From an uncultured Hormoscilla sp. (GTDB lineage: Bacteria > Cyanobacteriota > Cyanobacteriia > Cyanobacteriales > Desertifilaceae): a stretch of 64,000 bases of DNA. The notes beneath the pieces were generated by a model. The model searched no databases. It saw nothing but the letters and a program-made list of their open reading frames with translations, and was not told the DNA's origin. The position numbers were made by a program, and so were the translations under genes. Numbering within the stretch: the first letter of the stretch is position 1; each line of letters begins with the position of its first letter. Of the stretch, positions 21,518 to 34,054 are shown in pieces. The DNA is taken from NCBI GenBank assembly GCA_963921275.4, contig OZ001293.3, forward strand, positions 3,616,001 through 3,680,000, read 5' to 3'.

Positions 21518-22672
21518 ATGCTGAATAAATATAAAATCATGGATGCGGATAGCCATGTAACTGAGCCGTTCGAGATGTGGGAGGAGTACCTGGAGCCTGA
21601 GTTAAAGAGTCGCGCACCCTACAAGGAGCAAAATATAGAGTATTCTGACTCATCCCATCAGGTGATGCGCCTGGATCTTTTCGATCCTCCGACTAAGGAT
21701 ATGAAAATCGAGGGCGAGATAATTTATCACAACATATCCGATGCCGTTTGGGCCGAAGGGATTAAAGCAAAGATCCGGGACTATCAAAATTATGGCACCA
21801 CTGGCACGGACCCCTCTTCTCACGTGCAGGCGATCGCCCGCATGGGGGTTGATGTCTGCTTCCTGTATCCGACTGTGGGACTCTGGCTGTTGGCGATCGA
21901 CTCAATGGACCCCCAACTAGCTGGGGCCCTGACTCGCGCCTACAATAACTGGTTACGAGACTATTGCAGCTATAACCCCCAGGTGCTCCGAGGAGTGGGC
22001 GCGATTAATATGCACGACCCTTCAGATATGGTGTCGGAATTGCAGCGGATCGCTTCCTGGGGCTGGAAAGCGGTGTTTTTGCGCCCCAACCCGGTTAAAG
22101 GACGACTGCTGTCTGACCCCGCCTATGAGCCATTTTGGACCGAGTGTGCGCGCCTGGGCATAGCTGTGGGTCTCCACGAGGGCACTCATAGCCGATTGCC
22201 GACGACGGGCTACCGGTTTAATAGCCGTTTTGCTATGCATGCCTGCTCTCATCCGATGGAACAGATGATGGCCCTGTTGGCCCTGATCGAAGGGGGAGTC
22301 TTAGAACGCCATCCCGGTCTCAAGGTGGCATTTCTGGAGTCTGGCTGCGGTTGGGTGCCTTACTGGCTCTGGCGGCTGGATGAGGCGGAGTATAAACATC
22401 TGGCCTGGGAGGTGCAGGATAATGTCAAGATGAAGCCTTCAGAATATTTCCGTCGCCAGTGCTTTGTCTCCATCGAACCCGATGAGCCTTATATTCCTGA
22501 GATTATCAACTACATTGGCTCGGATAACTTGATCTTGGGTTCTGACTATCCCCATATCGACCACGATGCTGAGATTATGGAGGAAGCTGTACAGCTTGAA
22601 GAGCGACTTGACCAGCAGACTGTACAAAAGCTCCTCTGGGATAACCCCAGTCGTTTTTACGGTCTGACGTGA
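21518..22672 (+). CDS. Amidohydrolase family protein (Amidohydro_2-like)
   Basis: DADSHV metal motif, AYNNWL, VGLHEG, LERHPGLKVAFLESGCGW, GSDYPH. Confidence 0.9.
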   Translation: MLNKYKIMDADSHVTEPFEMWEEYLEPELKSRAPYKEQNIEYSDSSHQVMRLDLFDPPTKDMKIEGEIIYHNISDAVWAEGIKAKIRDYQNYGTTGTDPSSHVQAIARMGVDVCFLYPTVGLWLLAIDSMDPQLAGALTRAYNNWLRDYCSYNPQVLRGVGAINMHDPSDMVSELQRIASWGWKAVFLRPNPVKGRLLSDPAYEPFWTECARLGIAVGLHEGTHSRLPTTGYRFNSRFAMHACSHPMEQMMALLALIEGGVLERHPGLKVAFLESGCGWVPYWLWRLDEAEYKHLAWEVQDNVKMKPSEYFRRQCFVSIEPDEPYIPEIINYIGSDNLILGSDYPHIDHDAEIMEEAVQLEERLDQQTVQKLLWDNPSRFYGLT

Positions 22673-22710
22673 AATAACGACGGTGTTTTCTCTTTTCCTG
22701 GCTGCATCTT

Positions 22711-22885
22711 ATACCATTTTGATATGATAGACTTGACGGTAGCACGGATTCTCAGGAGGCGGGAGCATCAGAAGACCGTTCCCAGGTTCTACCTGGGAAC
22801 GAGAGGGCGGTGTGTCCTATGCATGTGCTTTTAGCGATCCCAGGACGATAGGTTTTTTCTCTATCACAACAATAAAATGGGATTA
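22711..22885. mobile_element. MITE-like element, copy 2
   Basis: Homologous to 2750-3026; ends ACCATTTTGATATGATAG / CTATCACAACAATAAAATGGG. Confidence 0.7.
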
Positions 22886-23067
22886 GTTAGTAGCAGAAAC
22901 TGTGGCCAGGCAATCAAGAATAATTATCGGAAATAATTAATAGTATAAATGCTGTTTGGGGGGAAGGCGATCTCCTCTAGGAGAATTGATAATTATCCCA
23001 TTTTCAATTGACATAGTTAGTGGTTAGTGGTAAACTGATAAGCAAAAAATTATAGGAGAATAAAAAA

Positions 23068-24456
23068 ATGCCAGATTTGTTGCTGTCTTTCAAAAAGGAT
23101 ATCTCTGTGATAGAAGAAGGGGATGGCGTGGTGATGAGATCGCCCAACTCAAGCTTCAATTTGGGACAGCTATATCCGAGATTAGTAGCTGCTTTGAGAC
23201 AGCTTGCGGATGGTGGTGCCACGGAGGAGCGGCTTGCTGACATAGTGCAAGAGACTGCCGATGCTGCTGCCCTGCCTATGTTTTACTATTACCTACAGCA
23301 ATTTATCAATATGGGCATCATCTGCTATACCGTGCGGGCAGATGGGTTACCCCTGGCAACTCTAGTTCCCTTCTCTACTGCTGGGCAGTTGGAGTTCCCC
23401 CATGTGGCACTAGACCAAAAGTATACTCTATCCCGCTTTGCCTATTGCCGTCACGAAAAGGGACGGGCGATCGTGGAAACTCCTTTATTCCCGGCCAAAA
23501 TTATCTTAGCTGATTGGCGCGGTGCGGCCCTGCTGGGGAAACTCGCCCAGCCTCAAGATTGTACTACTTTGACTAAAATACCGGGCATCTCAGCAGATAC
23601 AGTCCGCAGCTTTTTCAGCCTGCTTGTGACTGCGAAAATGCTGGATGTTGCGGAAGCAACCGAAAATGATACCATGACCCAATGGGAATTTCACGATCTG
23701 CTATTTCATTCTCGCAGTCGCATGGGCAGACATGATTATCCCTTGGGCAAAACTCATCCTTTTTTGGACAAAATTCCGCCCCTTCCCGCTGTTAAACCGA
23801 AAATGTCAGAGCGGGCGATCGATCTCTATAAACCCGATATCCCCCTGCTGAAAGCAGGGGATGTTCCCTTTACCTGGGTATTAGAAGAGAGAAAATCAAT
23901 CAGGAATTATGGGGTAAATCCCATAACTGATAAACAGTTGGGAGAATTTCTTTATCGCTCAGCGAGAATGATAGCACTTCGCCCCAGTATGACGATCTTG
24001 GAATGTAGTAATCGTCCTTATCCCGGTGGGGGAGCCTGTTATGAATTGGAACTATATTTGGCAGTCAATACCTGCGATAATATTGACTCTGGTCTTTACC
24101 ATTATTGTCCCCAAGACCATCAACTTTGTCACATTGCCGACAGAAATCAACAGGTGGAGGCGCTCCTTAAAAATGCTCTGGGAGCCAGCGGCGAAGATGA
24201 AATGCCACAGGTGTTAATTATCCTTGCTGCTCGCTTTTAAAGAGTTGCTTGGGATTATCAATCGATGGCCTACAGCATAATTTTAAAGCATGTCGGGGTT
24301 TTATACCAAACGATGTATCTGGTGGCAACGGCTATAGATCTGGCCCCTTGCGGACTGGGAGTAGGCAATGCTGATTTATTCGCAACTGCGGCGGGTACAG
24401 ATTACTATGCAGAATCATCTGTGGGAGAATTTATGCTGGGTAGCAAGGGCAAGTAG
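23068..24456 (+). pseudogene. ThcOx/SagB-family FMN-dependent azoline oxidase with one nonsense codon
   Basis: QWEFHDLLFHSRSRMGRHD, RKSIR, RPYPGGGACYELE, then in-frame TAA 24238-24240 followed by RVAWDYQSMAY...ESSVGEFMLG. Confidence 0.9.
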
Positions 24457-26103
<1,647 letters not shown>

Positions 26104-26117
26104 TCTAAGCCAAAGTA

Positions 26118-26555
26118 ATGAGCGGTGGGACTGTGGCATCTTGGGTTAAAATCATCGATAACAGAAATATTTACGCGATCGATCTCGATCGCATCGGTGC
26201 CTTTTCTAGTGCGCCGAACGGCAAGATCGCGTTTTGGTTGCCTGATAGCGGTGTTCCGATTATCATCAATCCCAAAGGCAACCCGGAAAGCTATTATAAA
26301 GTGCAGGAGTACCTCAGACAGATAGCTAGTTACTCCTTAGGAACTAATTGGATAAAATTCAGTTACGATCGAGAGGAATATGTGATAGATATTAACCCCA
26401 TAAGTGCTTTTTACTGGGAATAGAATAGTAAAAAGCTGACCTTTTGGTTGCCTGATAGCAAAAGCCCGCTCGTCCTCCATCCCCGCAGCAACAAAGATGC
26501 TTATGAAAAGTGCTGGAATATATTGAAAAAACAACAGGTAATTCTCGGGATTAAA
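26118..26555 (+). pseudogene. Conserved cyanobacterial hypothetical protein with two internal repeats, disrupted
   Basis: Repeats W.K...DR..Y.ID...I.AF....K..FWLPDS; TAG at 26421-26423 and an apparent frameshift near 26510. Confidence 0.6.
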
Positions 26556-26593
26556 ATTGAGAATGAAAATTAGCCGCAATCAAGGTAAGAATA

Positions 26594-26910
26594 ATGGTAC
26601 TAGCAAGCACTGAGTACAAACATATCCAATTAGACGATCGCCAGTGCCGTACATCGCTGGCACGACCATGAAAGTAGTAGAATTGGTGACATCAGTGAAA
26701 GCTTACGGTTGGAGTCCGGAAGAATTGCACGCCAACTATCCTCATGTTTCCGGGAGTAAAATCCATTCGGCATTGGCGTACTATTGGGATCATAAAGAAG
26801 AACTTGATGCAGATATGGAACGACGATTCCAGTATGTCGAAAAACTTCGCCGAAAAGCAGGAGAATCTCCTCTTACGAAAAAACTACGGGAAAAGGGGTA
26901 TCTGAAGTGA
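26594..26910 (+). pseudogene. DUF433 antitoxin, frameshifted near its 5' end
   Basis: MVLASTEYKHIQLDDR from 26594 is out of frame with VPYIAGTTMKVVELV...GWSPEEL...IHSALAYYWDH. Confidence 0.75.
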
Positions 26911-27250
26911 GTATTGCCCTGTATATGGATGAGCAAGTACCCAAACCAATTACACAGGGATTGCGTCAGCGGGGTGTGGATGTTTTGACTGTTCAAGAAG
27001 ATAGTCGCACTGGCACACCCGACTCCATTTTACTCGATCGTGCTACTGGACTTGGGCGAGTTATGTTTTCGCAAGATGATGATTTTCTTGTGGAAGCTAA
27101 TCGGCGTCTTGCTGAGAAAATAAATTTTGCGGGTGTTATCTACATCAGCAGAATGTTTCCATTGGTGATTGTGTCCGCGACTTGGAGATAATTGCTAAAG
27201 TATCCGATCGGGAAGATTGTGCCAATCGCATCCAATATCTTCTCTTATAA
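26907..27250 (+). pseudogene. DUF5615 PIN-like toxin, frameshifted
   Basis: LYMDEQVP...LRQRGVDVLTVQED...FSQDDDFL; C-terminus HQQNVSIGDCVRDLEII is in a shifted frame after ~27143. Confidence 0.75.
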
Positions 27251-27439
27251 TATCTTAAAACTATTGAAAAGAGAGCCGCAACAGAAAGAGGCGATCGGGT
27301 GCATTGAGATGCATGACATTCGTAATTAATATTTTTGCAAATATGAGATGCACCAGAGGCGATCGCCCGTGAAAAAAAAGGAGCGATCGCTTATTTTCTC
27401 ACCACTATTTACGATCTGGCTACACGCTATCGCTACGCT

Positions 27440-27800
27440 GCGCGTACGGGTACACCCTTAGGCAACAACCTTCACCACCATCAATAACCCTAATGTATCG
27501 ACCAGAGTAAAGCCTTTGCGCCCAGTAGATCTTTTTGCCCCCGTCATAGCCAACATCTTTTCGATGTCTCTGCTCCTTGCTCTTGTCCCAGGGTACATAC
27601 GGCACACAGGAGACATCAATGAACCATCACCGCCTTGGCAGCTGTTTGTGAATCGAGACTACTGGTAGAAGGTGTAGGCTGACGATCTTCAACTACAGGT
27701 ACCCATTGCACATTCCGGAGCGTGGATACCTTTCCACGTTCCATCCGACCAGCGACCTTGCCGAAAGTAGTAGTAGACAGCTCGTAACAGCGGATAATTC
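27440..27800 (-). mobile_element. Degraded IS5-family transposase remnant
   Basis: GYDGGKKI and a degenerate VDTLGLLMAVKV-like segment; broken frames. Confidence 0.55.
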
Positions 27801-27829
27801 TTGGGCAGCAACCGCCAAGGGCAGCCTGT

Positions 27830-29290
27830 CACTTCCATACCTCGCGATTTTATCAATCAACTCATTACAGTCATAACCTCTATCTCCAATTACTCTTTCT
27901 CCTTGTTGCTCCTGTAATAATGGCAAAATTAACATCGTGAATTTCTCCTGATGTCAGAGTAAAATCTCAAGGGTTCCCTAACCCATCGCTAACAGCATGA
28001 ATTTTAGTAGTAAATCCTCCTACAGATCTTCCATTAGCTTGATTTGCTCCCCCTTTGCTGGCACAAGGATGACTTATAATTACAGTGCTATCTATTAATA
28101 GATTTTCTCAATCTGGATCCTCAATACAATTTTGATAGAGACTGTTCCAGATTCCTTTGGCACTACAACGGTTAAATATGCATAAAAACACTATTCACTT
28201 TGCTATATTGTTCGGGTAATTCTCTGTGCTTCTCATTATCCATAAGACTCTATTGATAAATTTTCTGCTCTTCTGTTCCCAGGTATATTGAACTCTGTCC
28301 TCTCAAAAATACTAGGGCGTGTCATCAGTTAAGCCAAACAACAGTAGCAGCCAGGTAGATAGCACCCAAGAAATTCTGAGCCCTCTTATCGTAACGGGTG
28401 GCAATGGCTCGATATTGCTTGAGTTTGGCAAAAAAATTCTCAATCAAATGACGTGCTTTGTATAGATATTTGTCATAACGGCGTTGTTCTTTTCGATTGG
28501 ATTTAGGCGGAATCACAGGTTCGCATTGCTGGGCTTCAAGACGTTTCAAAACCCGTTCGTCAGCATCAGAAGCTTTGTCTGCGAGTAACGCATCAGCCTT
28601 AATATTATCAAGTAACACATCAGCCCCTTCCAAATCGTGAGCTTGACCGGCTGTTAAATGAAAACCCGTTGGGTTCCCCAATGCGTCACAGGTCGCGTGA
28701 ATTTTGGTACTCAAACCCCCTTTACGGCGTCCGATGGCTTGGTCGCAATCTTTTTTTTGAGCACCTGCACTATGTTGATGAGCCCTTTATATCGTGGCAT
28801 CAATCATCGCATATTCGTTATCGGCATCGGACGCAAGTACCTTGAATACTCTTTCCCATACCCCGGATTTTGACCACCTACTATGGCGCGTATGAATTAC
28901 CCTCAAGTCCCCAAATCGCTCGGGTAAGTCCCGCCAAGGTATCCCAGCTCTATATCGATACAAGACAGCATAGACAAATAAGCGGTTATCCTTAGCTGTC
29001 CCCCCCACATAACCCTCCCGACCTGGCAATAGGTCCCTGATTCTCTCCCACTGGTCATCTCTTAAAGCATAGCGACGCATTTCTCAAATTCTCCTGCTCT
29101 AACCTTTACCCTCTTAGATCACACCAATATATCCTGGTTGTCAACTCAATCATCTTGTTATATATTTTTGGTGGGGACCCATATCGTTAATCTAACTGAT
29201 GACACGCCCTAATATTTTTCCCAAGTTTTTCCTTGTATTTCTTGCATATTTAATTTGGCGATATTTTTTATCCATTAAACAGAATCAATT
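27830..29290 (-). mobile_element. Old AT-rich IS5-family remnant interrupted by a younger IS5
   Basis: MQEIQGKTWEKI (from 29247) continues at 28312 (LVFLRGQSSIYLG..WIMRS..ELPEQY); downstream GGFTTKIH and IGDRGYD motifs. Confidence 0.6.
28315..29209 (-). mobile_element. IS5-family insertion sequence (two-ORF/frameshift type)
   Basis: Terminal inverted repeats GGGCGTGTCATCAGTTA / TAACTGATGACACGCCC, TA duplication; orfA 28787-29080 (PWRDLPERFG), orfB 28325-28714 (STKIHA, RHLIENFFAKLKQYR). Confidence 0.93.
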
Positions 29291-29334
29291 GTAATAGCAA
29301 TCGCTCTTTTTGTCAAGCAAAATGTCAACAGAAC

Positions 29335-31596
29335 CTACCAATTAACAGCAGGATCTAATTGTTCAGCTGCATCGGGATTGAGGATTTTTTGCCATTCTGC
29401 AATCTGGGATCTAGCCGCAGAGTAAAGATTGCTGGATGGAGAAATTTTTTGAGCGATCACGATCGCCCCTGGGAGGTCGTACCTAGACATATCCCGTGCG
29501 ATCTGGAGGAGTTCTTGACTCCAGTTAGCGATATCGCGATCGGCTTCGCTGCGCAATAGGCTATTTTTAGGCACCCGATCGGCAATAGCAATTGCCCGTG
29601 CCAGAGCTTCAGGAGTAAAGGTGAGAGCAATCTGACGGGCGGACTGCAAAGAACTGGTAGCTAAAAGTTGATTCTGCCAGTTTTTAATTTCTCGGGAGGC
29701 CTGAGCGTAGAGGGCCCGACCGGGTCGAATCTGTTGGGCAGTAGTAATAGCCGCCTCCAGGTCGCCGAGTGCGGCCAAATTCTGGGCGCGGTCAAGATCT
29801 GGTCGATCCTCAAGGCGCTGTATCCTATCAGTCCAGGAGAAAATTTTTTCACTAGCTTCCTGATAGAGAGCGCGTCCGGGGGCGATCCGTCGCGCTCGGG
29901 CGATCGCCGCCTTGAGGGATCTGAGATCTCCAGCGAGAGCCAACAGTTCTGCCCGGTCTAAGTCAGGACGGTCTTCAATCACCTCCAGCTGATTTTGCCA
30001 CTGGCTAATTTTGGACTTAGCTTCCCCATAAAGAGCGCGTCCGGGGGCTATGCGCCGCGCTTGGGCGAACGCTCTTTTCAGGGAGCGTTCTGTGCCAGCT
30101 ATAGCCAACCCTTCCGCCTTTTCCAAATAGGGGAGGTCTTCTATCACCTCGATCTGATGCCGCCACTGGCTAATATTGGACTGAGCTTCCTGATAGAGGG
30201 CCCGTCCTGGATCTATCATTTCCGCCGAGGCGATCGCCCCTTGCAAAGAACCCACATTCCCCTTGCTAGCCAGGATTTGAGCCCTATTTAATAAAGGACT
30301 ATCTTCAATTATTTCGATATCGCGCTTCCAAGTTTTAATCATGGCTTGCGCTTCTTTATAGCGGGGATTATTTACCGGAATCATCCCTACTTCTGCTACC
30401 GCCGCTGCCACGTCATTTACCCGACCGCTAGCAGCTAGTTGGCGAGCCTTTTCTAGGCGGGAAACATCTTCTATTTCTCGCTGCCAACGGCCAATCAATT
30501 GCTGAGCCCTGCCGTACATCGAACGAGATATATCTATTTTTTGAGCTTGCATAATCGCCGATTCCAGACTAGCAATATTTCCCTCCTCAGCAAGGGATTG
30601 GGCCGATGCTATGATTACAAAATCTTGAGTCTGGTCGTGCAACTTGGTCGCAGCGGGAATTTTGCGGGCGATCGCGATCGCCTCATAGCTATTGCCCTTT
30701 TCTAACTCCCTTTCTGCAAGCCGCATCATTTGACGACCATATTCCCAGACCGCTGTTTGGGCTTGAGCATATAGGTAACTATCTTGGCTTATATTTGCTG
30801 CTAAAGATATCGCTGCTAATAAATTCTCCGGGCCCCCTGTTTTTGATAACTCTCGGGCCCGAATCAACTTTTCGCTATCCGCCCGCCTCGTCTGAATTAG
30901 TTGATTTATTTCCGCGTACTTAGTCGTTCTCCAGTAGGTATTGTCCAGATCTTGTAGCTTTATAGCTACGCCTACAGCCTGCTGCCATTGGGAGGAACGC
31001 ATCTTGTCTTCTGCTTCTCGATAAATCCCTTCTGCAGACGCCCAGGTAGTTTGCCACTCTCTAATCCTGTCTTTAACTAACTTGTAGGTACTGGTGTCCG
31101 TGGGAACTTGGCGGGCTGTGGCGATCGCCTCCGATAGTTGACCGGTATTAAACTGTCGATCGCTCAGTGCCAAGATTTCCGTTGCCCACTGGTCGATCGA
31201 CTTATCGATCTGGGAGCGCAGGGGATGATCTAAAGGCAGAACCTTGACCAAGGCGATCGCCTCCAGCAACTCGGACAGAGTTTGGCCAGACGCCGCCAAC
31301 TCACCGCAATAGAGACGCAAAGAGGCCGAAGCCATCGGCCAATAGATTGACTCACAGTGGGGCTGGGACGGCAGGCGCACTAGTATTTTCAGGGCCAAAC
31401 CTGCCGCACCTACAGGCAGGAAAAAAACCACCACGAGCGCTAACTGCCAGAAAATCGAATAGCCCTTTTTCCGGAGATCTAGTCCATATGTGATGCTCTG
31501 GGTTGCTTGACTTAGCGACAAGGCCAAATCTCTTCGACCTAGGTCTTTAGGCTCTTTGTTCATATCTCCATCCACTGCCCCTAGGTAAACAAACAA
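29335..31596 (-). CDS. Conserved cyanobacterial membrane-anchored helical repeat protein (often labelled chromosome segregation ATPase)
   Basis: TM segment, C..IYWPMASASLRLYC, and ~57-aa repeats IED.P.L..A..LA..G....L..A...AR.I.PGRALY.EA. Confidence 0.75.
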   Translation of the reverse strand: MFVYLGAVDGDMNKEPKDLGRRDLALSLSQATQSITYGLDLRKKGYSIFWQLALVVVFFLPVGAAGLALKILVRLPSQPHCESIYWPMASASLRLYCGELAASGQTLSELLEAIALVKVLPLDHPLRSQIDKSIDQWATEILALSDRQFNTGQLSEAIATARQVPTDTSTYKLVKDRIREWQTTWASAEGIYREAEDKMRSSQWQQAVGVAIKLQDLDNTYWRTTKYAEINQLIQTRRADSEKLIRARELSKTGGPENLLAAISLAANISQDSYLYAQAQTAVWEYGRQMMRLAERELEKGNSYEAIAIARKIPAATKLHDQTQDFVIIASAQSLAEEGNIASLESAIMQAQKIDISRSMYGRAQQLIGRWQREIEDVSRLEKARQLAASGRVNDVAAAVAEVGMIPVNNPRYKEAQAMIKTWKRDIEIIEDSPLLNRAQILASKGNVGSLQGAIASAEMIDPGRALYQEAQSNISQWRHQIEVIEDLPYLEKAEGLAIAGTERSLKRAFAQARRIAPGRALYGEAKSKISQWQNQLEVIEDRPDLDRAELLALAGDLRSLKAAIARARRIAPGRALYQEASEKIFSWTDRIQRLEDRPDLDRAQNLAALGDLEAAITTAQQIRPGRALYAQASREIKNWQNQLLATSSLQSARQIALTFTPEALARAIAIADRVPKNSLLRSEADRDIANWSQELLQIARDMSRYDLPGAIVIAQKISPSSNLYSAARSQIAEWQKILNPDAAEQLDPAVNW

Positions 31597-31687
31597 TGGC
31601 TTTGGCTTTCCACCACTCCCGTTGCAGTATGTGTTATCCTACCCCTCAACTGAGAAAAAAAACCACATCGTCCATTATTATTTACAA

Positions 31688-32599
31688 TTAAAGTGCGTCC
31701 AAGCCGGATTCTATGCGTAAATCTCTAATCAACTGGGTGATTTGCTTGCCCGAAGCTTTGTATACTTCGGCGCAGAACTGGCAGGTCGCCTCTGCCCCAT
31801 CATCTTTCTCGATCATATCTTGCAGTTCGGCTTCCCCCAACAACTTCAAGGCTCCCAACATCCGATTGAAAGAGCATTTGCAGTCAAACCGTAGCATCTG
31901 CACCTCTGGTAGGATGACCAGACCCAGATATCCTAGCAACTGAGAGAATATCTGTGGCAAACTCAGACCCTCCCGCAGCAGGGGTGTAAAACCTGAGAGT
32001 GCCGCTATTCGGGATTCCAGAGTTGCTACCAGTTCTTCATCCGTGGCAGCTTTGGGCAATACTTGCAACAGTAGCCCCCCGGCAGCTTGTACTCTCTGGT
32101 GGTCAACAAAAATGCCCAATACTAGAGCGGAAGGCGTTTGTTCTGAGGTTACCAGGTAATGGGTGAGGTCGTCGCCAATTTCCCCAGAAACCAATTCCAC
32201 GGTGCTGGAGTAAGGGTAGCCGTATCCCACATCTCGGACGACGTAGAGGTAGCCATCCCGTCCGACGGCACCGCCGACATCCAGTTTGCCGTTCTCCTTG
32301 GGGGGCAATTCTACTGAGGGGTTGTGGACATAACCGCGCACCGTGCCATCTAACCCAGCATCTACAAGAATTCCGCCTAAAGGTCCATTGCCCTTGATGT
32401 TAATGTTGACTCTTGATTCTGGTCGCTTCATGCTGGAGGCTAGTAATAGTCCAGCGGTCATGGTCCGACCCAAGGCCGCAGTTGCTACGTAGGACAGCTT
32501 GTGCCGCTGTCTCGCTTCTTCCGTGAGGCGGGTGGCGATCGCGCCTACTGCTCTGATGCCACCGTCGGCGGCTATGGCGCGAATTAGCTGATCGGCCAT
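31688..32599 (-). CDS. hslO: Hsp33 redox-regulated chaperone
   Basis: MADQLIRA, AALGR, SGEIGDD, SEQTPS, CKCS...CQFC zinc centre. Confidence 0.96.
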   Translation of the reverse strand: MADQLIRAIAADGGIRAVGAIATRLTEEARQRHKLSYVATAALGRTMTAGLLLASSMKRPESRVNINIKGNGPLGGILVDAGLDGTVRGYVHNPSVELPPKENGKLDVGGAVGRDGYLYVVRDVGYGYPYSSTVELVSGEIGDDLTHYLVTSEQTPSALVLGIFVDHQRVQAAGGLLLQVLPKAATDEELVATLESRIAALSGFTPLLREGLSLPQIFSQLLGYLGLVILPEVQMLRFDCKCSFNRMLGALKLLGEAELQDMIEKDDGAEATCQFCAEVYKASGKQITQLIRDLRIESGLDAL

Positions 32600-32769
32600 A
32601 ATTTCCTTACATTTCTTATACTTTCAAGCTTCTCTTTATTGTAGAACGTCTGGGGGGTGGCTGCGGAGAGCGTGAATTAAGAAACCCGGTAATTCCGGCA
32701 AAACCTGGTTTCTGGACGCTTGACTCTGCCATACTGAAATTGGATGTGATGAAGATGGGAATCTCTTCT

Positions 32770-33162
32770 ATGTTAGGAAATTTTCAGTCTAGCAATCTGC
32801 GGATCGAGATGTCAGCGTCAGAAACGGCTATTCGGGACAGTTTGATGCGTCCGGAGAGCTTGCGTCAATGGCTTTGGCCCCAGCGGTTGTCGGACGGGTT
32901 GCCAGAGGCATTAGAGTCAGGGTTGAGCCTTACTACCTGGATCGGTCCAGTGGCGATCGGGCATCATGTGGAAATCGCTTCGGACAACTGTCTGCGGATG
33001 ATACTATCTCAGGGAATAGACGGCTTTCACGAGTGGATGTGGGGGGAAGGCTGGGTGCAGTCGAGACTGGAGGGAATCACCCTGCTACCCTTAAATTTGG
33101 GTCAGACTCTGAGTTTACTGCGGTTGCGGGAGTTTTTGACCACGATGAAAACTGAGTTGTAG
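32770..33162 (+). CDS. Conserved cyanobacterial hypothetical protein
   Basis: MLGNFQSSNLRIE...GIDGFHEWMWGEGWVQSRLEG; start uncertain (32740-32770). Confidence 0.7.
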   Translation: MLGNFQSSNLRIEMSASETAIRDSLMRPESLRQWLWPQRLSDGLPEALESGLSLTTWIGPVAIGHHVEIASDNCLRMILSQGIDGFHEWMWGEGWVQSRLEGITLLPLNLGQTLSLLRLREFLTTMKTEL

Positions 33163-33169
33163 GTAAGCT

Positions 33170-33412
33170 ATGCTGACAAATTACATCTATGCAGCGATGA
33201 GCTTGGCAACCTACGAGTTACTGGATGATGGAACTTTCTATGGCAAAATTCCTGACTGTCCGGGTGTATGGGGCAATGCCGAAACCCTGGAAGCTTGTCG
33301 AGAGGACTTGCAAGATGCTCTGGGAGGATGGATTATTTTAGGGCTACGCTTGGGTCATACTCTACCGATCGTCGATGGTATTGACCTGAACTTTAGCAAA
33401 GAGGTCGCCTGA
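33170..33412 (+). CDS. HicB-family antitoxin
   Basis: MLTNYI.AAM..A.YE.L.DGTFYG.IP.CPGVW..AETLE.CRE.L. Confidence 0.85.
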   Translation: MLTNYIYAAMSLATYELLDDGTFYGKIPDCPGVWGNAETLEACREDLQDALGGWIILGLRLGHTLPIVDGIDLNFSKEVA

Positions 33413-34054
33413 GGCCCCAATTTGGACCAATTAAGTGGTGACCTTTGGATCGCTGAAAGCCTTAACAGACAATAGTTCTTCAAAGAACTTCGCACTGTCT
33501 AGTAACTTACACGTTATTCTTTTACATCTTTAATATTCTCTTAAATTCCTCCAGAGTAGGTATTGGTTTTCTCCGGTGAATCATACGATGACAGTTTGAG
33601 CAAAGAACCGTAAAGTCTTGCATTGGATCTAATTTAATCTTGTCCTTACTTAAACTTGATATCGGGACAGTGTGATGTGCTTCTATAAAATCCCTACCTA
33701 TTTCTCCATATCGAACTTCAAAGTTGAAACCGCAAGCTTTGCATGTGTAACCCTGCAACTGCTTTACTCTCTTAGATAAACTCGGATTTCTTTCAATTAC
33801 TTTGTGTATTCTATACTTTCCCAGATTTTCAAACCATTCTTTCTCCTCATAATTTTGAATATTGTTTTTCAAAGACATTTTTTCAAAAAGCATAAAGTAA
33901 ATCTCAAGAATATTCTTGAGATCGTTAATTAGGATATTCTCATCATGTATAGCATCTATGGGATAGAACTTTGATGCTATGTTGCTTGCTTCATAAGCCA
34001 ATCCTAATCTTCTGCTAGTTGTTTTTTTCGGGATAAAATCTAGCTTCAAATCTA

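Noticed and set aside
22680..23067. RiPP precursor peptide between the amidohydrolase and the oxidase
   Set aside because: The interval is mostly a MITE and AT-rich spacer; no leader plus Cys/Ser/Thr-rich core ORF was seen
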